NCBI RefSeq assembly: GCF_056746865.1 | Contig: NZ_CM163382.1 | Length of the DNA: 64,000 nt | Direction: 5' to 3' (one strand) | Part shown: piece after piece, positions 10,733 to 19,269 of the stretch | How the letters are laid out: every line of letters begins with the position of its first letter | Position numbering within the stretch: the stretch's first letter is position 1 | Program-made: the position numbers and the translations under genes | The notes under the pieces: generated by a model | The model's input: only the letters and a program-made list of their open reading frames with translations | The model's database searches: none | What the model was told of the DNA's origin: nothing

Positions 10733-11905
10733 TTAGAGAACCTTAGACTGTTCTGGGAACCAGTTATTAATTATATGTCTTCGACAGACTTTAGATATTT
10801 CAAATACCTGTCGTGACACTAATGCACCATCAGGATGGCGCTGGTCAGGTATGTCATTTTCTATGTCATAAAAATTATGCGTTATTTCTGGGGGAAAGAA
10901 AACGTTTTTGTCTAAAGGCACGCTTGCATAGGGATTATAATACACATGCAAACCATCAAAATGAGTTTCCTTGTAGTCCCTTGTTCGGCACATTACAATA
11001 TCCGCGCCAACAACCTCATTGTTGTAGAATTGTCGCTTCGTAGTAACATAATGGTCAGGACCAAGTTTTCTCGTATGAGAACCTTCGTTCTTCATACCTT
11101 CATTGGCAATAAAAACATTCACATCAAGAGCTCGGAATCTCGTATATCGGACATATCGATCGACCCGACTCTGAACGATAGCCTTACCAAAAGTACCTGT
11201 CGTTGAAAACACGATAGCACTGATTTCTTTGTATGAGTCATTTGTAAAAATACCTAAAGGTATTTCAGTGTCTTCATTTTTTTTAATCGATAAAACCCTT
11301 CTTTGCCTACCATTTACTAAATCTCTCATCGTAGGTTCTTCAATGCCAAACAATACCCGGTTAATGATTGTATTATTCTGGGTTAAAGATAGATCTGAAT
11401 CAAATGGGGCCAATGCTAACACAAAAGGCTTACCGATTACATGTTCCATTGTTGAGTATGGGAACTTCTTACCATTAATTCCGGTAAAGAGATCGCGCTT
11501 ATCTTTAATTTTCCCAAGAAGTTTTAGCGTAGATTGATGCTTAAACTTAGCTTCACTGAAAATTTCACTGACTGGCGGTTTATGGGGCTTGTCAGAGACC
11601 ATAGCCTCTACGTTAAATTTATAACCTAATGGCGTGCTAACACAAAAATCAGGACTGTCTTTTGTATAGTCAACCGAATACCCCAAACGAATAAACATCT
11701 CATTTAGATATAATTCCCACATAGAAGAATTAAAGGTAGTCTGAAATTCGTTAATAAATTTAGTTTGTTCACCACTGCGTTCCAGTAATCCGCGTCCCCA
11801 TGATTGGATCACCGCCCTAACAGGAGCAAGTTTAGGATCTGTGTAGATTGTTTTAAAATTGTGATTTAGTTTATTTCTAGCTATTTTTGTTGAGAAGAGA
11901 TCCAT
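10733..11905 (-). CDS. hypothetical protein, unassigned family (paralogue A); candidate defence or abortive-infection protein
   Basis: 390-aa AT-rich ORF. Shares conserved blocks with the 356-aa product of 33796..34866: EFQTTFNSSMWELYL vs EFQTSFEPCLWELYL, DSPDFCV vs DAPDFIV, FVLALAPFD vs FVIAIASFD, ISAIVFSTTGTFGKA vs VSAVIYSSLATWGKV, YNPYASVPL vs HNPFAKYPL. Confidence 0.7.
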   Translation of the reverse strand: MDLFSTKIARNKLNHNFKTIYTDPKLAPVRAVIQSWGRGLLERSGEQTKFINEFQTTFNSSMWELYLNEMFIRLGYSVDYTKDSPDFCVSTPLGYKFNVEAMVSDKPHKPPVSEIFSEAKFKHQSTLKLLGKIKDKRDLFTGINGKKFPYSTMEHVIGKPFVLALAPFDSDLSLTQNNTIINRVLFGIEEPTMRDLVNGRQRRVLSIKKNEDTEIPLGIFTNDSYKEISAIVFSTTGTFGKAIVQSRVDRYVRYTRFRALDVNVFIANEGMKNEGSHTRKLGPDHYVTTKRQFYNNEVVGADIVMCRTRDYKETHFDGLHVYYNPYASVPLDKNVFFPPEITHNFYDIENDIPDQRHPDGALVSRQVFEISKVCRRHIINNWFPEQSKVL

Positions 11906-12356
11906 TATTTACCTCTATAAACACTTTGTAAAACTAAACATGTGTATTTTACTGCGCTGATTGTCGAACATATGCTTCAAATTGTAATGCGGTATTCTAC
12001 ATCAGAAAAACCTCTTTTATATTTTCCTCATTAAATTTATTTACACCGAAAAATAGCCGCATGAATCATGTCTGAACAGATGAACTTCTCTAATATAGCC
12101 TAAATACCTACGACTGCGCTATAAAGAGGGAACCTCAAGCACTAATAGCACAAAGAAAATATGCGAACACAAATTTGACGCGAAACTATGACTTAGATAG
12201 GATGAATCTAGGTGGTGATGGTCACCTGGCGCCTGTCTCGCAAAGCAATAGCCCATCGTTCAGAAGTATACCAAATACTTGGCCGCCATCCATTATGACG
12301 CTGCCCGGTTAGCAGGCTATCGGTATCCAAAGCGTTACTTTATTGGAGGTACAGCC

Positions 12357-12896
12357 ATGTCTGACTATTCATACCTAAGCATTCTTAAAACGTGCGCTAA
12401 AAAGCTGGCTCGCATTCAGAAAATTAAGCTTTCCAAAGCACTCGAAATCGTTGCCCGTGACGCGAAATTCACCAGCTACCATGAGCTGTCCGAAGTCGCA
12501 AAACGTGCCCCGCTAGAACAACGGCTGGTTTTCGCTGCAATAGGCGAAGATACTCAAGAGGATGTGATTTATCGCGATGAGATTTTTTATGCCATAGACC
12601 GCGAGGTGGAAGATATGCTCTCCGGCGACATAGCGGAAACAAACGCCTATGGTTTTAGCATAGAGAATCTGGAGGCAACAAGCATAAATTACGACCCAAA
12701 GCGAGGCATTCTGGTCGTCCAAGTCATATTTGATTATCAGGGTGAACAAGATTCTGAACGCCCTTTCTCTGGTTCGTCCTTTGAAATTGTTGCGAAAATG
12801 GAGCTACTTCTTCGCGACAATGTATGGAGCCTCGTAGAAAATAGTCTGGAATTGACCTCTGTTAATTCAAATGTCGATAATGACTGGTACGATTAA
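12357..12896 (+). CDS. hypothetical protein (start uncertain; ORF opens at 12279)
   Basis: Long ORF in the AT-rich int-alpA interval; no motif recognised. Confidence 0.35.
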   Translation: MSDYSYLSILKTCAKKLARIQKIKLSKALEIVARDAKFTSYHELSEVAKRAPLEQRLVFAAIGEDTQEDVIYRDEIFYAIDREVEDMLSGDIAETNAYGFSIENLEATSINYDPKRGILVVQVIFDYQGEQDSERPFSGSSFEIVAKMELLLRDNVWSLVENSLELTSVNSNVDNDWYD

Positions 12897-13497
12897 GACA
12901 TATAACAGTAGGAGGCATTCCAAATTTTTGGCGGAGTGCCTTTTTAGTAACTATATCCAGATGAAATCATCGAGTTATCACATGAGCATCCATCTTACGT
13001 GTACTCAAAACACTTATGGGCTTCTAAATTCAGGAAGTCCCTACTCCGCTTGCTGGCGCTTCTTTGAGCCTCGTGGCGTCCATATACACCAATTAGGCCA
13101 GACCATGCTCAAACAACTTGTCGAGAAATGCTATGTGCAAAAACCACTGGACATGTTCTCGATGACAGCAGGCAAACTAACTGGGCTTGATCAATCTGGG
13201 CCTAAACTGGCTTCCATCATATGCAGAGGGATAGAGCAGGCCAAAGATGTACAACTCGGAGAGTTACTTTTTGCCTGCGGTATCTATGGTGTGGAAGAAG
13301 AAGAAGCCTGGTTACTAGCTAAAAGATTCAGTAATCTTGAGGCCTTGTATGGTGCCAGCATAGATTCTCTGATGAGTTATAACCTTCTTAATGAGGCAGT
13401 AGCTGTCAATACGTATAACTTCTTCCGTCATCCGCTCAATGTGTCGGCTCTTAACGAGTTACAAACAGAAGGTGGATTGAAGGTGCGCCATGGATAG
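12871..13497 (+). CDS. stand-alone protein homologous to the C-terminal helix-hairpin-helix region of NAD-dependent DNA ligase LigA (start uncertain)
   Basis: Translation ...VHIHQLGQTMLKQLVEKCYVQKPLDMFSMTAGKLTGLDQSGPKLASIICRGIEQAKDVQLGELLFACGIYGV...KRFSNLEALYGASIDSL...NFFRHPLNVSALNELQTEG parallels the LigA HhH region as I remember it (QLVEK.YV..P.DLF.LTAGKLTGL...GPK.A......FGTLEAL..AS.EEL...NFF...N..VI.EL); no adenylation KxDG motif upstream. Confidence 0.55.
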   Translation: MSIMTGTIKTYNSRRHSKFLAECLFSNYIQMKSSSYHMSIHLTCTQNTYGLLNSGSPYSACWRFFEPRGVHIHQLGQTMLKQLVEKCYVQKPLDMFSMTAGKLTGLDQSGPKLASIICRGIEQAKDVQLGELLFACGIYGVEEEEAWLLAKRFSNLEALYGASIDSLMSYNLLNEAVAVNTYNFFRHPLNVSALNELQTEGGLKVRHG

Positions 13498-13680
13498 AAT
13501 TAACACCAAGGCTGTGCCCGGCCTTTTATCTATGCAACGTAGCCGATGACAGTTAACGGTGAGACAGCAACACCTGTTGTAACATGTTTGTACTCGTGCA
13601 TTGCCATCCGTAGGCCTAAACATATCTGACTCCCACAGGATGGGGATAAAATACAACATTTGCATTTTCAATTTGTTATC

Positions 13681-13733
13681 GAAAAATCATTAGTCCTGAT
13701 GGGAAATAATATCTTCCCGGACTAATGATTTTC
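13681..13733. promoter_or_regulatory. long palindrome upstream of alpA (candidate operator, or terminator of the upstream gene)
   Basis: gaaaaatcattagtcc (13681..13696) and ggactaatgattttc (13719..13733) form a 14-bp perfect inverted repeat with inner gggaa/ttccc symmetry, about 100 bp upstream of the alpA start. Confidence 0.4.
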
Positions 13734-13831
13734 TATCCGGACTCCACTTTTTTATCCGGGCCTATACCTCCCCTCATCGTTCCGCGCTATAACCGCTCCG
13801 ACACTCTGTTCCCGTCCCGTGAGGTGCAATC

Positions 13832-14047
13832 ATGAAAACCAGTGCAGACAGTAACGATGCTTTTCCCGAAAGCGGCAACGTGCGTATGCGGCAGGTAGTC
13901 CAGTTTCTGGCGATGAGTGAATCGTCGGTTTACCGCCTGATTAAAAACACCGACTTTCCCCGCCCCGTCCACCTCTCTTCCCGACTGGTGGTCTTCGATG
14001 CTGCTGAAATCCGTCAGTGGCAACAGCGCCGCGCCGCCATCCGTTAA
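13832..14047 (+). CDS. alpA: AlpA-family phage transcriptional regulator (HTH_17)
   Basis: 71 aa; VRMRQVVQFLAMSESSVYRLIKNTDFPRPVHLSSRLVVFDAAEIRQWQQRR is typical AlpA; sits directly upstream of the primase gene. Confidence 0.8.
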   Translation: MKTSADSNDAFPESGNVRMRQVVQFLAMSESSVYRLIKNTDFPRPVHLSSRLVVFDAAEIRQWQQRRAAIR

Positions 14048-14082
14048 TCCACGCTCAGGGATGAGCCGACTGATACCCCGTC

Positions 14083-16152
14083 ATGAAACGCGCCCCTTTT
14101 CTCTGTAAGCAGTCTCCGGACCGCACGCTCGAAGTGGTGATCCTTGCCGGAAGCCTGGCATGGGAGACCTCACACGTGTGGCGAAAAGATCCCGACCGGG
14201 AAGATGATGTTCCCCCGATGGTACTCGGCCCGGATGAACTGGCCGATCTGAGCAATCTGACCATTATCAGGCCCGACACGCTCTACGTCCGGGTACTTCG
14301 CACCGGCGATATCAGTGAAGAAGAGCTGCTGAAAATTGCCGTAAAACTGGCGCACGCGGGCGTGCAGATGGCCCGGCTGATGACCCCTGACGGTGAGTTA
14401 CTGGAGAACTGGACCGGACAGCTTGAACGCCTGCGACAGGAAAGACCTTCTGACATCCTGCCGGATCACTTCCGCCTCGATGAAGAAGCACTGTGGTTTG
14501 ATAAGCTCACCGAACGGCGCGACGGTGAAAGCGATGTCCAGCCCCAGCGCATCTGTTCCCCTCTGCGCGTCACTGCCATCACCTGCGACAGCCATGACGG
14601 CAGCTATGGCCGCCTGCTGGAATGGCACACCACCACCGGGCAATTGCGGCGCTGGGCCATGCCGATGGCGATGCTCAGCGGCAACGGCGAGGAGCTGAGG
14701 CGCATTCTGCTGGAGAACGGCCTGACCTATATCTCCACCCGCCCTGCCCTGCGCAGTCTGCTGTGCGAATATATCTCGCGGTCACTCCCCGGACGCCGGG
14801 TCACCTGCGCGGAGAAAACCGGCTGGCACAACGGCGTGTACGTGCTGCCGGATGAGGTTATCGGTCCCGATGGCGACAACGTCATTCTCCAGGGCAGCCA
14901 CTACCTGACTGGCGGCTTTGCACAATCCGGTACGCTGGCAGAGTGGCAGGAGCAGGTCGCCGCGCTCTGTGCAGGCAATTCACGGCTGGTCTTTGCCGTC
15001 TGCTGTGCGCTGGCCGCCCCGCTGCTGCGCCTGACAGGAACGGGCGGCGGAGGCTTTCATCTGCGCGGTGAGTCCACTGACGGTAAGACCACGGTGATGA
15101 AAGTGGCCGCTTCCGTCTGTGGCGGGACGGATTACTGGCACTCCTGGCGGGCCACCGGGAATGCGCTGGAAGGAATTGCCAGCCGCCACAACGATGCCCT
15201 GCTGCCACTTGATGAACTGCGCGAAGTGGACCCGCGTGAGGCCGGGATGATTGCCTATATGCTGGCGAACGGACAGGGCAAGGGGCGCGCCCGCACCGAT
15301 GGCGAAGTGCGTAACCGCAGGCACTGGACGCTGCTGCTGTTCTCCACCGGGGAGCTGTCGCTGGCGGAACACACCGAATGCGCCGGGGAGCGCCTCTACG
15401 CCGGGATGGACGTGCGCATGGTACAAATCCCCAGCGACACCGGGCAGCATGGTTCGTTTGAGCAGTTGCACGGGTTTGCCAGCGGCCAGCAGTTCGCCGA
15501 TACTCTCTGCGACCGGGTGGCCCGCTTCCACGGCACCGCCTTTCGTGCCTGGCTGGCCTTCCTCACCAGCGACCTGGACGCCAGCACCACGCTGGCGAGA
15601 GAGTTACTTCGCCGCTACCAGACCGCCCTGATGCCGGACAACGCCGGAAACCAGGTGCAGCGCATCGTGGCCCGTTTTGCCCTGCTGGCGGTGGCCGGGG
15701 AGATAGCGACACTGAACGGTATCACGGGCTGGCAGGAAGGCTCGGCGTATGGGGCGGTGCAGATCTGCCTTCACGCCTGGCTGAACGAGCGCGGCCATAT
15801 TGCCAACCAGGAAGATGAAGGCGTGCTGGCGCAGATCAAGCGGTTCATTACCGCGCACCAGTACAGCCGCTTTGCCTCGTGGGATGGCCCGGACCGCCCG
15901 CTGAATATGGCAGGCTTTCGCCGGGTGGAAAAAGATCCGCTGACGGGCGAGGAACACACGCTGTTCTTCATCCTGCCTGAGGGCTGGCGGGAAATATGCC
16001 GGGGATTCAGTCCTGCCAGAGCGGCCAGATTATGCCAGGAAGCGGAATGCCTGCTGCCCGGCAGCGACGGGAAATACCAGTCGCAGGTTCGCCTGCCGGA
16101 GATCGGCAAAGCCAGAGTCTACCGCCTCACCTCCCGCATCCTCAGTATCTGA
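14083..16152 (+). CDS. phage/satellite replication protein (primase-like N-terminal region plus P-loop NTPase)
   Basis: 689 aa; Walker A-like GESTDGKTT in the middle; alpA-primase-iteron arrangement typical of P4-like and PICI elements. The many antisense ORFs across it reflect high GC. Confidence 0.7.
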   Translation: MKRAPFLCKQSPDRTLEVVILAGSLAWETSHVWRKDPDREDDVPPMVLGPDELADLSNLTIIRPDTLYVRVLRTGDISEEELLKIAVKLAHAGVQMARLMTPDGELLENWTGQLERLRQERPSDILPDHFRLDEEALWFDKLTERRDGESDVQPQRICSPLRVTAITCDSHDGSYGRLLEWHTTTGQLRRWAMPMAMLSGNGEELRRILLENGLTYISTRPALRSLLCEYISRSLPGRRVTCAEKTGWHNGVYVLPDEVIGPDGDNVILQGSHYLTGGFAQSGTLAEWQEQVAALCAGNSRLVFAVCCALAAPLLRLTGTGGGGFHLRGESTDGKTTVMKVAASVCGGTDYWHSWRATGNALEGIASRHNDALLPLDELREVDPREAGMIAYMLANGQGKGRARTDGEVRNRRHWTLLLFSTGELSLAEHTECAGERLYAGMDVRMVQIPSDTGQHGSFEQLHGFASGQQFADTLCDRVARFHGTAFRAWLAFLTSDLDASTTLARELLRRYQTALMPDNAGNQVQRIVARFALLAVAGEIATLNGITGWQEGSAYGAVQICLHAWLNERGHIANQEDEGVLAQIKRFITAHQYSRFASWDGPDRPLNMAGFRRVEKDPLTGEEHTLFFILPEGWREICRGFSPARAARLCQEAECLLPGSDGKYQSQVRLPEIGKARVYRLTSRILSI

Positions 16153-16169
16153 GTGCCATCTCGCGTGTC

Positions 16170-16385
16170 TTAAAAAAAGGTGGTACAGGGTGGGACAAGT
16201 GGTACACGCAGAGCTGGCGCGGGTTTCAGCGTCCCACTTTAGATAATTTGGTTTAAAAAAAGTGGTACAGAGTGGGACAGCCGTTGCTGAATCTGTCCCA
16301 CTTTTCTGACTGGTATTTTTCAGGTGGTACAGCGCAAAGCCACGGCTGGCGCGGTTGTACCACTTGTCCCACCTGTACCACCTTA
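16170..16385. repeat. iteron cluster, putative origin of replication of the island
   Basis: Copies of GTGGTACAG(R)GTGGGACA: aaaaaaaggtggtacagggtgggacaagtggtaca (16174..), aaaaaaagtggtacagagtgggacag (16254..), ggtggtacagcg (16322..), and an inverted copy gttgtaccacttgtcccacctgtaccacc (16355..16383); A-runs precede the direct copies. Confidence 0.7.
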
Positions 16386-16824
16386 AAAACAGAAGAAATG
16401 AAAATGGCGAAAAGGGACTGCAAAAGCAAAGGCTGAAAGGAAGAGAGAATAAGGGGAACGGACTTACTCTTAAATGGATAACCTATATTTTTATATTCGT
16501 ACCATTTACATGATGGAGTGCAAAGTTACCATTCAACATGATTTGGATTAGATAGCAAAATTCTCTATAGAATGTTTTCTAGATTTCAGAGGGATTTAAC
16601 GATAGCTTATCTCACAAATCACAAATCGGTCAAAAAATATACAGAAAACCAAGTTTTGCCCAGAAATCCTTTTAAAATTTTTGAGTTAAAAATCATTGTG
16701 TTGTATTAATTTCAGGACGCCACATGTCAAATATCGACACCCAATATAGTGTATAAAAACACAGGAGGACTCATTGTGATTTATATAATAAAATAACCTT
16801 ATACATCTTTCTGGAAACCAAGTA

Positions 16825-17811
16825 ATGGTTAAAATTCACATTTTAGATGCCGGACATGGTGATTGCTTGTTAGTAGACTGCGATGGTGTCAAATTGTTAA
16901 TTGACGCTGGCCCAAGTACATTTAGGTATAGAAAAAAAATTTCAGCCAAGTTAGCTGAACTTCTGAATGGCGAGTCTGTTGATATCGCTTTTGTAACTCA
17001 CAATGATGATGACCATATCGGTGGTTTCAAATACCTAATTGAAAATAAAATAAACATCAAGAGATTTGTATTCAATAGTTTATCTAACATTAAACATGTA
17101 ATAAAGAATTCAAGCAATAAAATATCGACCAAACAAGATATAAATCTTGATAGAATAGTGAAAGATGGAAGTTTTGTCTTTTCGACACTAACTTCAGATG
17201 ACTCTCCTATTTTAATCAGAAATATAAAAATAACACCTATTACTCCTTCAAAAAATATCCTTTTAAAATATTTAGAACAACAAGAGCGTAAAAACACAGA
17301 AATTAAAATATCATCTTCATCTGAAAAATATAGTATTAAAGAAGCACTGCAGTTGCTAAGCAATGGAAATGATATGTTTGTAAAGGATCCATCGGCAACT
17401 AATAAAACCAGTTTATCATTTATGATTGAGTATGGGAATTTTTGTGGATTATTCCTTGGTGATGCACACGAAGAAGACATCTACTCATATATGGCTAATC
17501 ATTGTGCCAATAGAAAAATATCATTTAACGTTGTTAAGTTAGCACATCATGGTAGTGAAAAAAACACGAGTTCACGGTTATTGAAGTTAATTGGTACAAC
17601 AGAATATATCATATGTGCGAATAAAACCAAGCATAATCATCCAAATAATTTAACTCTTGCAAGAATTTTAATACATGAACAAGAACCTAAAATTCATATG
17701 AGTAGCAGCAATCAGGAGATAATAAATTTACTCAATCAAATAAATTTATTAGGCTTCGGCATTACTGCAACCCATTCTGAAAATGGAGTTAATACTTTAA
17801 TCTATGAGTAG
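16825..17811 (+). CDS. metallo-beta-lactamase-fold hydrolase (ComEC-like MBL domain); first gene of candidate defence operon
   Basis: 328 aa; MBL motifs HILDAGHGD, VTHNDDDHIGG, GDAH, KLAHHGSEKN; strongly AT-rich; stop overlaps next start. Confidence 0.75.
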   Translation: MVKIHILDAGHGDCLLVDCDGVKLLIDAGPSTFRYRKKISAKLAELLNGESVDIAFVTHNDDDHIGGFKYLIENKINIKRFVFNSLSNIKHVIKNSSNKISTKQDINLDRIVKDGSFVFSTLTSDDSPILIRNIKITPITPSKNILLKYLEQQERKNTEIKISSSSEKYSIKEALQLLSNGNDMFVKDPSATNKTSLSFMIEYGNFCGLFLGDAHEEDIYSYMANHCANRKISFNVVKLAHHGSEKNTSSRLLKLIGTTEYIICANKTKHNHPNNLTLARILIHEQEPKIHMSSSNQEIINLLNQINLLGFGITATHSENGVNTLIYE

Positions 17812-19027
17812 AAAAAATGCTGTAAAAATAAAAGTCAATGATTCGGAATCAAGTGGCTATTTTTTCAAAGCAAGCTCCAAGGATGATTCTTTTGTAATTT
17901 CATCCAAGCACGGCCTTTGTTCTAGACAGTCAGATTGTGAAGAATTTCTTGATAATGTTCAGAATTGTTGCCGTTTATGCACTCAAGATTTAAATATTGA
18001 CAATATATCTTTTGAAATTGAAGGAAATAAGAAGCTAAAGCCAATAAGTTATTTCAGTCTTGAAAACAAAGATATTGTCATCACCAAAGTGGATGGGGTA
18101 TCTAATTATCCTTTAAGGATAGGAAAGATAGAAAAAGAAAAGTATTATACTTATGGTTACAAGAGTAAATGTGATAAGCCTGGCAGAATTTTATTAAATG
18201 AGCCAGATTTATTAGATGGGATTTGTTATTTCAATATATGTTCCGATGCAACACCTGAGTTGATTGAGAAAAGTGAAGAATATTATGGAATTTCAGGTTC
18301 ATTAGTTTTTGATTCTCCAGAAAAAGATGTTTTAACCGCACATGCAGTAATAACAACTAATGAAACCAATAATGACTTAGGTTCAGAAATATTACATGAT
18401 ATTGATTTCAAAGAAATTAATAACTTTTTCGGCTGTGAAGTATTCTTGGGTAAAAAACTCCAATTTCAACTAGATGATACTTTTAGTAAAAATTTTTCAA
18501 AGATTGGAGAAGTGCTTGTTAGCGACAAACTCCAAATTGAAATATTTATTTCATCTTATAAAGGTATACCATATTTTAATTTGACACCAATTGCTGATGC
18601 ATTAATTCAAAGTAAGTTTTATTATGTTTTTGGAAATGTTAGTAGAAGTGATCATATAAATATAATCGCTGCATCAAACATTATACTCAACAAATCTCAT
18701 TTAGAACCAGCTAATAAATTATTAACTAGCAAATTAACTGAATCGATATTATCAGCACCTCATATTTATTCCACTAGCATTGATGATAATAATTATCATC
18801 ATATTCATTTTAAACAAATGACTTCTGGTGATATTGAGCTCATAATATCATGTTATGGTGGAGGAGATGATCTTCCTAAAGATATAAATGGCACTTTAAC
18901 TGAGTTGTTACACAATATAAATACTTATAACTTAAATAAAAATTCAATAATTGAGAGGTCTTTTCTTAATCAAAAATTTACAGATGCACAATGCGAAATT
19001 TTATATGAGATTTTTTTGAGCGATTAA
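17804..19027 (+). CDS. protein with N-terminal trypsin-like (S1/DegP-type) serine protease domain and unknown C-terminal domain
   Basis: 407 aa; SSGYFFKASSKDDSFVISSKHGLC (GSGF...TNxHV-like His region), ENKDIVITKVDG (Asp region), YGISGSLVFD (GxSGxP-like Ser region) in trypsin-fold order; start ATGAGTAG overlaps the upstream stop. Confidence 0.6.
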   Translation: MSRKNAVKIKVNDSESSGYFFKASSKDDSFVISSKHGLCSRQSDCEEFLDNVQNCCRLCTQDLNIDNISFEIEGNKKLKPISYFSLENKDIVITKVDGVSNYPLRIGKIEKEKYYTYGYKSKCDKPGRILLNEPDLLDGICYFNICSDATPELIEKSEEYYGISGSLVFDSPEKDVLTAHAVITTNETNNDLGSEILHDIDFKEINNFFGCEVFLGKKLQFQLDDTFSKNFSKIGEVLVSDKLQIEIFISSYKGIPYFNLTPIADALIQSKFYYVFGNVSRSDHINIIAASNIILNKSHLEPANKLLTSKLTESILSAPHIYSTSIDDNNYHHIHFKQMTSGDIELIISCYGGGDDLPKDINGTLTELLHNINTYNLNKNSIIERSFLNQKFTDAQCEILYEIFLSD

Positions 19028-19053
19028 CTGATTCAATCGACAGAATTTCATTA

Positions 19054-19269
19054 TTGCATGTAATTCCTTTGGACCATTATTTAATAAAAGATAAATCAGA
19101 AATTAAAAATGAAATTATTACCATTGTTGAGAAAGCGTGTCAAGAATTAGACAGCAACATTTTAGATTATCTTGAGCATGGAATATCTATAAATCTATTA
19201 ATATTTCCAACTAATAATAAAGATGAATTATCAGGGTTAATGCAAAGGTTGATAAATAATTATGAATGA
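19054..19269 (+). CDS. small hypothetical protein (71 aa) coupled to the helicase gene
   Basis: ORF whose stop overlaps the helicase start (aattATGAatgatg); no motifs. Confidence 0.4.
   Translation: MHVIPLDHYLIKDKSEIKNEIITIVEKACQELDSNILDYLEHGISINLLIFPTNNKDELSGLMQRLINNYE

Noticed and set aside
14055-16109. Multiple overlapping minus-strand and alternate-frame ORFs (61-183 aa) inside the primase gene
   Set aside because: Typical stop-codon-poor antisense frames of a GC-rich gene; Ala/Arg/Pro-rich translations with no motifs.
16170-16385. Possible CRISPR array
   Set aside because: The repeats are short, irregularly spaced and include inverted copies, which fits iterons; no spacer periodicity anywhere in the window and no cas genes.
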